Positions 54,004 through 64,000 of a stretch of DNA of 64,000 nucleotides are shown here, piece by piece. Each line of letters opens with the position of its first letter. The first letter of the stretch is position 1. The notes beneath the pieces are model-generated. The model did not search any database, was not told where the DNA came from, and saw only the letters and a program-made list of their open reading frames with translations. The DNA is from an uncultured Planctomycetota bacterium (GTDB lineage: Bacteria > Planctomycetota > Planctomycetia > Isosphaerales > Isosphaeraceae). The stretch lies in assembly GCA_963845755.1 (NCBI GenBank), contig CAWJTV010000042.1, positions 160,001 through 224,000 on the forward strand, written 5' to 3'. A program made the translations under genes and the position numbers.

Positions 54004-55145
54004 TCCGTCGCCTGTTCTCCCGGTTCCGGCTGGTCGCGCCACCGGGCTGGGCGGTGGCCGTATTCCTGGTATTCTTCATGGCGTTCGAGGGACTGATTCG
54101 CTATTCCGAGCGGTTCGGCATGCCGTGGCCAGTCCCGTTCCGCCCCGGATGGTCCTGCTTGATTTTCGCCAGCGTCATGCTGGGTTTTTATTGCGCAGTC
54201 GCGTTTCACCCCTTCTTTCAAGGGGACTATCTCCGCTGGCTGAAGTCAACGCCCTGGACGGTGCGCAAACCCTTGCCAGCCGGCCCCGTGGACCTGGTCC
54301 TCGAAGACAGCCTGGCGATCGGCGCGTTGATGTGCCTGAGTCTGACCCAGCCCGGAGGTGGCTCGATCGAGGTGCTCAATGCCTTCTTGTTCACCCACGC
54401 GGCCATCCTGGTCCGGACGTTCTGGCGAACGGCGGTCCCGGGCTTCGGCTATTGCGGAGCGTTGTTCCTGGGGTTCGTCCCGAGGTTGTGGGCGCAGCCC
54501 TGGATCGACCTCGCCGTACTGACATCCATCTACCTCTTCGTGCATGAAGGGCTCTGGCGGTCGCTGGCTCGTTTTCCCTGGCCCACGGAAGGGGTCTTGG
54601 ACGATCAATACCCCGGAGTGCGCATCGAAAGGGAGTACGGCCCATCCTGCGGCTGGCCCTACGACCGTTTCCATCGCGATGTGAGAATGGCCAGAGGCAT
54701 TGGTCGAGGCGATGCGATCTTGATCAGCATGCTGACCGGTTGGTGGTTTTTCGCCCTGGGTGCCTGGATCCCCACGCAATGGTTGTCCACGTTCCTCTTC
54801 AGTTTGGCCATTGCGCTGTTGATGCGACGCAGTGTGCTCTACTTCCAAGGTTACGAGTCTCCGATCAGTGTCGGAGGGCGAATCGCCACGTTCCGTTGGA
54901 TCATCCCGGGTTACGATCAAGCGGCGCTGTTCATCGTGCTTACCCCCCTGGCCATTGCGATGATGATCGGCCTGACGATGTACCTGCAGATGGATCGGTA
55001 CCAAACCATTCCCGCCTTTGCCGCCCTGCTTGTCCTGATCGCCCTTACGACTCCTCCGAAGCTGAGACGCTGGCGGCTGACGGGTCAGCATCGCCTGGTG
55101 CACGCGATTCACAAGACCAGCCAGGAATATGTTCAGGTCGGCTAG
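54000..55145 (+). CDS. Multi-pass membrane protein (probable ABC permease partner)
   Basis: ATGA overlap with the ATPase gene; many TM segments. Confidence 0.7.
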   Translation: MIRRLFSRFRLVAPPGWAVAVFLVFFMAFEGLIRYSERFGMPWPVPFRPGWSCLIFASVMLGFYCAVAFHPFFQGDYLRWLKSTPWTVRKPLPAGPVDLVLEDSLAIGALMCLSLTQPGGGSIEVLNAFLFTHAAILVRTFWRTAVPGFGYCGALFLGFVPRLWAQPWIDLAVLTSIYLFVHEGLWRSLARFPWPTEGVLDDQYPGVRIEREYGPSCGWPYDRFHRDVRMARGIGRGDAILISMLTGWWFFALGAWIPTQWLSTFLFSLAIALLMRRSVLYFQGYESPISVGGRIATFRWIIPGYDQAALFIVLTPLAIAMMIGLTMYLQMDRYQTIPAFAALLVLIALTTPPKLRRWRLTGQHRLVHAIHKTSQEYVQVG

Positions 55146-55147
55146 AC

Positions 55148-55624
55148 ATGAAAACAACTGATGAACCCGAAGACGTGCCCCAGGGATACTCCGCCCTCGC
55201 GGGGATCCTGCGGCGGTCCTGCCCGCGATGCCGGCGCGGGCCGATCTTCGCCGCACTCTGGACCATGCACGACGATTGCCCGGTGTGCGGCCTCGACTTC
55301 GACCGCGGGGACCCGGGCCATTTCACCGGTGCCATGTACGTCAGCTACGGCCTGGCAATCCCCCTGATCGCTCTGCTAACCTTGATCGAATATCTGATCG
55401 TCCCGGCGTGGTCGCTCTTCCGGCTGGTGGTGCTGGCCTCGCTGATCTGCGTGCCGCTGATCCCCTGGATCTGGCAGTATTCCCGAGTCATCTGGATCTA
55501 TTTCGATCGGTACTTCGACCCCGAGGATGACCCGCAGGCAGGGGGCGAACCGGGAAACCCGGCGACTTCGGAAGGGCCGAACCCCGCCGCGGACCCGGAC
55601 GAACGAGGCGAATCCACTTCATGA
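55148..55624 (+). CDS. DUF983 family protein
   Basis: CPRC...CPVCG followed by two TM helices. Confidence 0.8.
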   Translation: MKTTDEPEDVPQGYSALAGILRRSCPRCRRGPIFAALWTMHDDCPVCGLDFDRGDPGHFTGAMYVSYGLAIPLIALLTLIEYLIVPAWSLFRLVVLASLICVPLIPWIWQYSRVIWIYFDRYFDPEDDPQAGGEPGNPATSEGPNPAADPDERGESTS

Positions 55625-55692
55625 GAGGCTCTCGAAAGACGGGGACTGGCTCCGAGTCTTCGAGGTGCCAGTCCCCGTCTTTCGAGAGCCTC
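55625..55692. repeat. Palindromic repeat family A, copy 3
   Basis: GAGGCTCTCGAAAGACGGGGACTGGC...GCCAGTCCCCGTCTTTCGAGAGCCTC. Confidence 0.85.
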
Positions 55693-55714
55693 CAGCTCAA
55701 GGGAAATCGCAGAC

Positions 55715-57374
55715 ATGTCCGAAACTCCGAATGCGAGACTCAGGCCGATCGCCGAGGTGGCCGGCGAGCTGAAGATCGCGGCCGATCATCTGGAGCCCTA
55801 CGGGCGGGACAAGGCGAAGGTCCGACTCGAGGCGTTGCATCAGGCGGCGGCCACCCGCTCGCCGGGCCGTTTGATCCTGGTCTCGGCGATCACGCCGACG
55901 CCGGCCGGTGAGGGGAAGACGACGACCTCGATCGGGCTGGCCCAAGGGCTGCACCGGATCGGCAAGCATGCGGCACTGGCGCTCCGCCAGCCGTCGATGG
56001 GTCCGGTCTTCGGTCGCAAGGGAGGCGCGACTGGAGGCGGGGCCAGCCGCGTGGAGCCGTCGAACACGATCAACCTCCAGTTCACGGGCGATTTCCACGC
56101 GATCACCGCCGCTCACAACCTGCTCGCCGCGGCGATCGACAACCGGCTCCATTTTCGCGACATCGACCTCGATCCCACGCGCGTCCTGTGGAAGCGCGCC
56201 CTGGACATGAACGACCGCGCGCTGCGGAACATCATCATCGGGTTGGGGGGCAGTTCCCAGGGAGTGCCCCGCGAGTCGGGATTCGACATCACGGCGGCCA
56301 GCGAAGTCATGGCCATCCTCTGCCTGGCCGATTCGCCGAGCGACCTCCGCGCGCGGATCGACCGCATCCTCGTCGGTTATTCGCCGACGGGGCGGCAGGT
56401 CCTCGCGCAGGACCTCGGCGTCACCGGCTCGATGGCGGCCATCCTCAACGAGACCCTTCTGCCGAACCTGGTCCAGACGACCGAGTCCACTCCGGCGTTC
56501 ATCCACGGCGGCCCGTTCGCTAACATCGCCCACGGTTGCAACTCGATCCTGGCCACACGAATGGCCCTGGCCACCGCCGATTACGCTGTGACAGAGGCCG
56601 GCTTCGCCTTCGACCTGGGCGGCGAGAAGTTCTTCGACCTGAAATGCCGGGCGGCCGTCCTGAACCCGTCTGCCATCGTCCTGGTCGCCACGATCCGGGC
56701 GCTCAAGATGCACGGCGGCGTCGAGCTCGATGCGTTGAAGGAGGTGGACCCCGCGGCGGTCGAGCGGGGCTTGGAGAACCTCGCCGCGCACCTGGACAGT
56801 GCGGCGCATTTCGGAAAGCCGACGATCGTCGCCATCAACCAGTTCGACACCGACACGCCCGACGAGCTCGAGGTGGTCCACGGCTATTGCGCGGGGCGGG
56901 GTGTCCCGTGCCGCGACGGCCAATGTCTTCGGCGAGGGCGGCGGCGGGGCCATCGACCTTGCCGAGAAGGTCGTCGCGGCCGCGGGGGCACCCGCTACGG
57001 AATATCAGCCCCTCTACCCCCTGGATTGGCCGGCAGAGGAGAAGATCGAGCGAATCGCCCGGATCATGTACGGCGCCGAGGGTGTCACCATCCTGCCGGC
57101 CGCGGCCGCCAAGCTGCGCAAGGCCGTGAAGCTCGGCTACGGGAAGTTGCCGATCTGCATGGCGAAGACCCAGGACTCGCTCTCCGACAACCCCAAACTC
57201 CGCGGCCGGCCCAGGGGCTTCACGCTGACCGTCCGGGACATCGAGATCGCCGCCGGCGCGGGCTTCCTCGTCGCCCTGACCGGCGACATCGTCCGCATGC
57301 CTGGCCTTCCCCAGCGCCCCGCCGCGGAGCGGATCGACGTCGATGCCGAAGGGCGGATCGTCGGTCTCGCCTGA
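55715..57374 (+). CDS. fhs: Formate--tetrahydrofolate ligase; frameshift near 56915
   Basis: TPTPAGEGKTT, KGGATGGG, HGGPFANIAHGCNS, VATIRALKMHGG; C-terminal PICMAKTQ...MPGLP in the next frame. Confidence 0.95.
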
Positions 57375-57441
57375 AGGTTTCGTGCGTCTGTTCGGGACGC
57401 CGGGATCGGCGAACGCCCCCTCATGCCGATGGATGGAGCGA

Positions 57442-58509
57442 TCAATCCCGGCGAACCGGGTCCTCGAGGACCCGTACGATGCCCCGATCGGCATCGAGCT
57501 CGACCAGCCCGCCATGCGGCAGGGTGGCATTGAGCGGCGTGTGGCCGACCGGGAACTTCATCAGGACGGGTACCCTCAACTTCCCCAGAGACTCGCGCAG
57601 GACGCGATCGAGCTCTTTTGCATGGGGGTGATCGCTGGGCGAGAAGCTGCCCGCCACCACACCGGCGACAGCCTCGAGGGCGCCCGCCAATCGAAGCTGG
57701 GAGAGCATGCGATCGACGCGATACGGGGCTTCGTTGGTATCCTCGATGAGGAGGATCGCCCCCTTCGGCTGCAAAGCGTAAGGGGTCCCGAGGGTCGCGC
57801 AGATGAGGGTCAGGTTCCCGCCAAGCAACCGCCCTCGCGCCGTCCCGCCGACCAGCTTCTCCGGCTTCGCATCCTCCGGAATCGCAATGGTGTAACCCGA
57901 TTCCCCCTTCGGGTACTGATCGGCGAACACCGCCCGCCGGAACGACCGGGAGGCGAAGGCGAACTCACCCTCCAGGCCCTTCCAAAGGCTGTGCGCCGGC
58001 ATCGGGGAATGGAATGTGATGAGCCGGACCTGACGGGCGACGGCCAGGTGGAGGGCGGTCAGGTCCGAGTAGCCCGTGATGATCTTGGGATCCTTACGGA
58101 GGGCGTCGTAATCGATTCGGTCGAGGATCCGGGTCAGCCCGTATCCGCCGCCGACGGGGAAGATCGCTCGGACTTTCGGGTCGCGAATCATCCGGTTTAG
58201 CTCGTCGGCCCGCTCCTCGTCGGTGCCGGCGAGGTATCCGTTCTTCCGATGATCCATTCCCGGCGGGATGATCACCCGATACCCCATTTCTTCCAGGTGC
58301 GCCGCGTACGCCCTTATTGGGCCGGGATCGGCCGGCGCGGCCGGGGCGACGAACGCGATCGTATCGCCGAGTTTGAGTGCCGCCGGCCGGATCCAATCGG
58401 TCGCCGGTGTCGGATCCTGGGCGAACACTGAGGACGCCCCGGCGGCGAGGATCGCGAGTGCGGTCGTGAAACCCCAGAAGGGGATACCGTATGGCGGGAA
58501 CGCTGTCAT
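57442..58509 (-). CDS. LD-carboxypeptidase (S66 family), secreted
   Basis: GGYG, GYSDLT, GGNLT, IED, PVGH. Confidence 0.9.
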   Translation of the reverse strand: MTAFPPYGIPFWGFTTALAILAAGASSVFAQDPTPATDWIRPAALKLGDTIAFVAPAAPADPGPIRAYAAHLEEMGYRVIIPPGMDHRKNGYLAGTDEERADELNRMIRDPKVRAIFPVGGGYGLTRILDRIDYDALRKDPKIITGYSDLTALHLAVARQVRLITFHSPMPAHSLWKGLEGEFAFASRSFRRAVFADQYPKGESGYTIAIPEDAKPEKLVGGTARGRLLGGNLTLICATLGTPYALQPKGAILLIEDTNEAPYRVDRMLSQLRLAGALEAVAGVVAGSFSPSDHPHAKELDRVLRESLGKLRVPVLMKFPVGHTPLNATLPHGGLVELDADRGIVRVLEDPVRRD

Positions 58510-58535
58510 CGAGGAGGCTCCGTAAGAACTCCTAA

Positions 58536-58643
58536 TTCAACCACGAAATACACGAAAACCCGAAATAAGAAAAATCGAGAATTGGCTATCCATCTCCTTC
58601 CCTCTCTGGATTCTTGGTGGATTTCGTGAATTTCGTGGTTGAA
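58536..58643. repeat. AT-rich inverted repeat
   Basis: TTCAACCACGAAATACACGAAA ... TTTCGTGAATTTCGTGGTTGAA. Confidence 0.75.
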
Positions 58644-58994
58644 CACTTCAAGGGAGAAGGGTCAAGAGCTGTGAGAGTCCGGGTCGTTCCAGGCGCTCTG
58701 AGGCAGGGAGGCGCTCACGCGGTCTTCCGTCCGAGACCGCGCGGATCGTCGCACTGGGCGGGAGTTCGTACTCACTCTCATCCGCGGCTGATGAGAACGA
58801 CAAATGGGGACGGGATTCCGGCGGACCGGCTGCGGGTCACCGCGCGAACAGGTCGGCGGCCATGGCCAGGCCCGACATCGGGGGTCTTAAGGATTGAATC
58901 ATTCGTTCCGTCCCCTCCGCGCAGAATTCGTTCCGTCCCCTCCGTTCAGTCTCGGCATTTCCGTCCGAAGTCATACACAGGGCCAGGCCGAAGT

Positions 58995-60469
58995 TTACTC
59001 TCCGACGATATCTTTCACCTCTTTACGAGTCATCTGATATTTCTCCGAGAGTTCGGTGACGATCTCTTGCTTCCTGGTCCGCAAATAGTCGAACACCCGA
59101 TTCTGGCGCTTGCCCCTGGCGACTCGTCGGGCTTGCACCATTTCTCCAGGTAGTCGGCGAGGACCTGCTCCCGGAGTGATGGCTCTTTCGGTGCAGCCTC
59201 CGGAACGACCGATGAACGCGGCGATGGTTGGGGAGCCGCCACCGGTGGAGTCGAATCGGTACGCATCCGCGGTGGAGTACCGGCTGACGCCAGGATCTCA
59301 TCGAGTTCCTCGACGGTGATCGTTAGCCCTCTCGCCACGTCTTTCTTGTAATCCCGAAGCGCCTCCAGTTTTTTCGCTTGCTCCAGGGACTCGTCACCGG
59401 CAATATCCCTGTCGTACTCCTGGAACTTCCGAAGCCACCCCTCGGATACGGTCGAGCGAAACTCCGGGGTCCACTCCGACAAATCGTAGTGGTTTCGCGC
59501 CTTCGACCCGGCACGCGTGAACGTCACCTCGCGCCAGCACTCGCGCGCCTTGGATTCGGGCGTGTACTGGAATAAGCTTTTCCAGACGATCGGCATGTGT
59601 TTCGCGGCGAGGCCCGGCTTCTCCGGTGGGAACGAGATCTCCACATCGGCCATCGCGTACCAGAGCCAGGGGATTCTCCGCTCGTCGACAGGGGAGGGGT
59701 TAATCTTGATGCTCTGGATGGTGACTTCCTCGGCTTTGACGGATTCCCGAAGCACGTCGATGATCGTGAACTGGATGAAGAACTCCGCCGCCGCCGGTAT
59801 CTCGTCGTCCGTCAGGTGGATCGGTTCTTCTGGCTTGGTCGTCTCGCCTTTCTCCCCATCAGCTTGAGTCTTCGCACTGGCCTCTTTGTCGCCGAGGAGC
59901 CTGGGCTTCTTCTGCGCCTCCACGACAGCCAGGAGTCGATTCCTGGATGTCGTCGCCGAAGCGACGATTCGACGATAGCGGCCGGCGCCGAAGCGCTTCT
60001 GCTCGATCATCGCCAGGAGATTGTCGTACTTCTCGACGGCCGTCCGAGATTCTCCGGAGCGTGCCAGGTCGTCCGCTTCAATCTTCAGGTGCGTAACTCG
60101 GCCTTCAAACGCCTTCTCGGCATGATTGACGTACAGGTAGCCGAGGAAGACCATCATCAGGAGACACGAGACACCGGCTCCAGCCAAGGCCACCGGGTTC
60201 TTCCAAAGAGGCCGTTTCTGTTCATCGGCAGGCTTTACTCGCGGGCGACAGGGCTCGGGCTCGTCGGACCATTCCGGGTGCTCCTGCGGCTTTGCGGCTG
60301 GCACTGGCTCTCTTGGCAACGGCGGAGGGGCGTGGTCCGCACGCCATGTGCTCCGCAAGGGAACTTCGAACTCCGCCCCACATGCCGGGCATTTCGACCG
60401 TTGTCCTGCGTGTTCATCCTCGGCCGTTAACTTTTTCCCGCAGTTCACGCACGAGAATTCAATCCCCAT
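58995..60469 (-). CDS. Membrane protein with N-terminal Zn-ribbon; probable frameshift near 59116
   Basis: IEFSCVNCGKKL...KCPACG, one TM helix; the shifted tail KRQNRVFDYLRTRKQEIVTELSEKY looks more protein-like. Confidence 0.7.
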
Positions 60470-60748
60470 CGCGGCCACTCTCCCGGGTGAGACACCAAGG
60501 CGCAGCCTGCGTTTATCGTAGCGATCGCCGATCGGGACACAAGGTGGCAGCGATGACTTCATCGAATCATCGGAGAGGCGACAGGGGACATCGGGGATGG
60601 ACAGGAGGGCAGGAGGTCGAGCCTGGATTCCGGGGCAGTTCGCGGCTCTTGAATGCCGGGTCCGGGAGCGCTGGGTACGACATCGGGAATAGGCGAGAGC
60701 GGTCTCCGTCGCCTCCGCTTGCCGCACTTGCTCTCGACGTGAAAGGCC

Positions 60749-62725
60749 TCATTCCACGCGGCGCCCGGCGTCCTCGAGTGCCGCGGCGATCGTGCGCTCG
60801 GTCCGGCCGAGCGTGGCGTCGGTCGCCCCTTGTTCGACATGGAGGATCCGGCCGCCGCGATCCACCACGACCATGGTCGGATAGAACTGGACCTGGAACG
60901 CCTTCTGGAGCTGGCAGTTCCCGTCCATGCTCGAGACGAGCACGGGATATGGGATACCGAGCTGACGGACGGCCTTGGTCGCCGAGGCCCGGCGTTCCTC
61001 CGGCGTCGCTCCCTTCTCACAGGCGATCCCGATCACCTGGACTCGCTTCCCGCCCAGCCGAGCTTGCAGGTCGCGTTCGTAGGCGATCGACTTCCGACAC
61101 TGAAGGCACCAGCTCCCCCAGAAGTCGAGGAGGATCACGTCGGCGTCGAAGTCGCGGAACGAGACCATCTTGCCCGCGAGGTCGGGGAGCTGGAAGTCGA
61201 TGATGCGGCGCTCCGCGGTATCGATCTGGCAGGTGCTCTCCCCGGTCTCAGACCCCTCGGCCGCCGGCTGTGGCACAGACGGCCTGCGATGCTGGCTGGT
61301 GTTGGCTTCTCGCTCGGCATCGGGGTTCGTACGGTTGCCGACGACCCTCACGACATCGCGTGCACCGGCCTCGTCCACGACCGAGGTTCGGCGCACCGAT
61401 TCGTCGAGCGGCACGGCGCGCGGGCTGATCGATAGCTCGCGCCAGGTGGGTCGCCGTTGAAGCTGCGGGCTCGGTTCGGCGTCGGCGCCCTCCGGCGATC
61501 CGTCGGATCGGGCGGGATCCGCCGGCTCCGACGACTTGCGGGATCGGTTGGTCGACGGTGCGGTCGCGGGCCCCCCGCGGCGCTCGCGCGAGGATCGAGA
61601 TGAGCGAGACACCGGCACGGTACCGCCATCGGTACCGATCGGATCGATCTGTCCATACGACGCCCGCGCGACGCCTTGACTCGGGTCGAGGACATCGTTG
61701 GGAATCAGGCGAGGTTCCCCGGAGTCGGCTCGTCGGACCCTGGTCCGCGACGGTGCAGCGGATGGGTCGTCGCCGGTCATGCCGAGCGGGCGCCCGTCCT
61801 CACGGGTGTTCGATGCCGAGGCGGCCGACTCCCCGGGCTCGAGCGCCGGCGGGAGCGGATTCTCGCCGTCGTCGTCGTACTCGCGGCCGATCGACTCGCT
61901 CCTCCCCGGCTCGTCACGAGAGTCGGCGCCGGCGTTGGCGTCGTTACGCGGCCGGGCCGTCTGGCGAGCCCCGGTCGAGCTGGAACGCGGGTTCGTGCTC
62001 CATCCGGCGCGGATCGGTGCCGAGGACGCACCGGATGCCAGCCGTGTCGCGGTTTGGCGGTTCATCCTCGAGGAGAGGGGTGCGGCCTCCTCGGCGGGCT
62101 GTTCCCGCTCCTCACCCTCATCAGGAAGCACTCCACCCGGCGGGATGATCGACGGGAACCCGTCGTCTTCGCCGGACTCGGGCTCCGCCGCCTGCTGGTT
62201 CCGCGTACGGACGGGGCGAATCGTCGTCGTCCGCGACCCGGCTCCGCTACTGTGCGTCGCCACATCGATACGGACGTCGGTCTGCGAAACCCGCGCCTCC
62301 GATCGACCCGACATCATCCCCTCGTCACCTTGGGACTCCGCGATCAGCGTATAGGACCGACCGGGGCGAAGCCCCCGCAACGTGAAGGCCCCGGCTCGAT
62401 CGGTCGTTGCGGAATTGTCCCGACCCCCGGGCGCACCCCCGACGACAAGCCGCACGCGCGCATTGGGTACGGGCTTCCCGAGATCATCATACACCCGCCC
62501 GGAGATCCGCCCACCCGGCGAGGGGGACAGGTCCACTTGCTCTGTCTCGGCGCTCGTCGTCGAACCCGGTTCACCCGCCACGATCGGCAGAGGTTTGTCG
62601 CCGATTGTGGCGACCGTCTTCACCTTCGAGCCTTCGTTTGGACGCAGCCAGCTCGTCTGGGAACATCCCACTAGGTTGCCAACGGCCAGCGCGAGGAGGC
62701 AGAACGTCAATCTTGGGATGCGCAT
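60749..62725 (-). CDS. Lipoprotein with carboxypeptidase-regulatory-like domain, long disordered linker and C-terminal TlpA thioredoxin domain
   Basis: Lipobox LVGC; GRVYDDLGKPVPNARV; LLDFWGSWCLQCR; FYPT. Confidence 0.82.
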   Translation of the reverse strand: MRIPRLTFCLLALAVGNLVGCSQTSWLRPNEGSKVKTVATIGDKPLPIVAGEPGSTTSAETEQVDLSPSPGGRISGRVYDDLGKPVPNARVRLVVGGAPGGRDNSATTDRAGAFTLRGLRPGRSYTLIAESQGDEGMMSGRSEARVSQTDVRIDVATHSSGAGSRTTTIRPVRTRNQQAAEPESGEDDGFPSIIPPGGVLPDEGEEREQPAEEAAPLSSRMNRQTATRLASGASSAPIRAGWSTNPRSSSTGARQTARPRNDANAGADSRDEPGRSESIGREYDDDGENPLPPALEPGESAASASNTREDGRPLGMTGDDPSAAPSRTRVRRADSGEPRLIPNDVLDPSQGVARASYGQIDPIGTDGGTVPVSRSSRSSRERRGGPATAPSTNRSRKSSEPADPARSDGSPEGADAEPSPQLQRRPTWRELSISPRAVPLDESVRRTSVVDEAGARDVVRVVGNRTNPDAEREANTSQHRRPSVPQPAAEGSETGESTCQIDTAERRIIDFQLPDLAGKMVSFRDFDADVILLDFWGSWCLQCRKSIAYERDLQARLGGKRVQVIGIACEKGATPEERRASATKAVRQLGIPYPVLVSSMDGNCQLQKAFQVQFYPTMVVVDRGGRILHVEQGATDATLGRTERTIAAALEDAGRRVE

Positions 62726-63114
62726 GTCGAATTATCCTCCTCCTGATCGGGACGGCCTGGCGCCTCGTCGAAATCGCATTCAACCAGGGAACGATCGTCC
62801 TGATCGCTCCCCACATCAACCAAAGATGCGGAACAGGTTGGGATCGGCGCCACCGGCGCGCTCGCATTCCGCGAGCGAGTGCCGTATCTACCTTGATCGG
62901 CACATCGGTGCGTCGAACTTTACTCGCTCGGGAATTGTCTCGGGGGATTGGTGCAAGTCGTTATGAGGGAAGTGGGTCGGTACGCGCAACGTCGCCCCTC
63001 GATCCGTGCGGCCGGCTGCGGCGACAATCCACTTCGCGGGAACTTGATCTTGGAAAGGCCGGGGTTTCTGGTTTAACTCAGGGACAAAACCCCTCAAGGA
63101 TGAGGAGGATCCCC

Positions 63115-64000
63115 ATGGCCTTGGAATCCAATTGCCTCGTGGCAGGCGGACCCGATCACGCCGGTGCTCAGGGCACAAATCGCTATATCGCAACAGCTTA
63201 CTTCAAGCAAGCGACGGCCCTATTGACCCGGGGCTTGTACGGCGAATCAGAGACTTACTTTCGCGAAGTGCTGCGCCTCTGGCCGGACCATGCCGGGGCC
63301 TTGAACAATCTTGGCACCTCGCTCTGGCGGCAGGGCCGGACGGAAGAGGCGGAGGCGTACTATCGGCGCGGGTTGACGCTGGGGCCGGCGGATTTCGGGA
63401 TTCTGAACAATCTGGGCAATGCCATCTGGGAGCAAGGGCGGCCCGGCCAGGCCGTGCCGTACTATCGTCAGGCCCTTGAGCTTCGCCCGGATTCCCACGA
63501 GACTCGGATGAATCTGGGCGTGGCGCTGTCCGACATCGGCGAGTTCGAGGAGGCGCTGGCCTGGTTTCGAGCCGCTATGGAACACCAGCCCGATTGGCCC
63601 GATGCCCTGGATAACCTGGGCGTGACCTACTCCCGGCTAGGCAATTGGGCTGAGGCGCTCGCGTATTATGACCGGGCACTCCGCCTTCGTCCGGACTTTG
63701 CGGTGGCACACCGCAATCGCGCCCACGCATGGCTGGCTCATGGCGACTTCGAACGAGGCTGGCTCGAATACGAATGGCGATTGAAGTGTCCGAACTGTCG
63801 CCTGCCGCACGTGAGCCTGCCGCGATGGATCGGAGAACCGCTGGCGGGGCGTTCGATCCTTTTGTGCGCCGAACAAGGGATTGGCGATGTCCTCCAATTC
63901 CTGCGCTTTGTACCGGAGGTCCAGCGAAGGGGCGGCCGCATCGTGCTGGCCTGCGCCGACCCGTTGGTGGGGATCGCGTCCCGATGTTCGGCGCGGACCA
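63115..64000 (+). CDS. TPR protein with glycosyltransferase-like C-terminal region (runs off the window end)
   Basis: GAGGAGG RBS; ALNNLG, ILNNLG, ALDNLG repeats; GWLEYEWR; ILLCAEQGIGDVLQFLRF. Confidence 0.88.
   Translation, partial: MALESNCLVAGGPDHAGAQGTNRYIATAYFKQATALLTRGLYGESETYFREVLRLWPDHAGALNNLGTSLWRQGRTEEAEAYYRRGLTLGPADFGILNNLGNAIWEQGRPGQAVPYYRQALELRPDSHETRMNLGVALSDIGEFEEALAWFRAAMEHQPDWPDALDNLGVTYSRLGNWAEALAYYDRALRLRPDFAVAHRNRAHAWLAHGDFERGWLEYEWRLKCPNCRLPHVSLPRWIGEPLAGRSILLCAEQGIGDVLQFLRFVPEVQRRGGRIVLACADPLVGIASRCSART

Overview
This is GC-rich bacterial DNA that looks planctomycete, probably Isosphaeraceae-like. The evidence is a DUF1559 prepilin/H-X9-DG gene with its lipoprotein partner, DUF1080, a sulfatase-like gene and an N-terminal Zn-ribbon membrane protein. 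The backbone carries a hybrid histidine kinase, arfB, tRNA-Ser(GCT), sucA-sucB-(ankyrin)-lpdA, a phosphosugar mutase, POT transporter and S9 peptidase, an ABC module, fhs, an S66 peptidase and TlpA/TPR genes. Many genes, including sucA and fhs, carry single-base frameshifts, most likely assembly indels. Three small mobile units stand out. (1) A ~1.5-kb integrase-less island (39177-40727) sits inside a small protein-coding gene and supplies a recoded replacement 5' end. It carries a double-Zn-ribbon protein and a Pol-beta-type nucleotidyltransferase, a candidate undescribed defence/toxin system. (2) A ~385-bp protein-free IS200/IS605-type element (33583-33967) has its own sigma70 promoter and a structured RNA ending at the right end, a candidate stand-alone omegaRNA. 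(3) A ~2-kb large-serine-recombinase element (25474-27485) is inserted into a palindromic REP-like repeat, and its recombinase ORF reads through the attachment site. There is also a secreted YWYYSP-repeat peptide hidden in another frame and a tandem-duplicated DUF5678-like/aspartyl-protease pair. All calls come from reading the sequence only; no searches were run.
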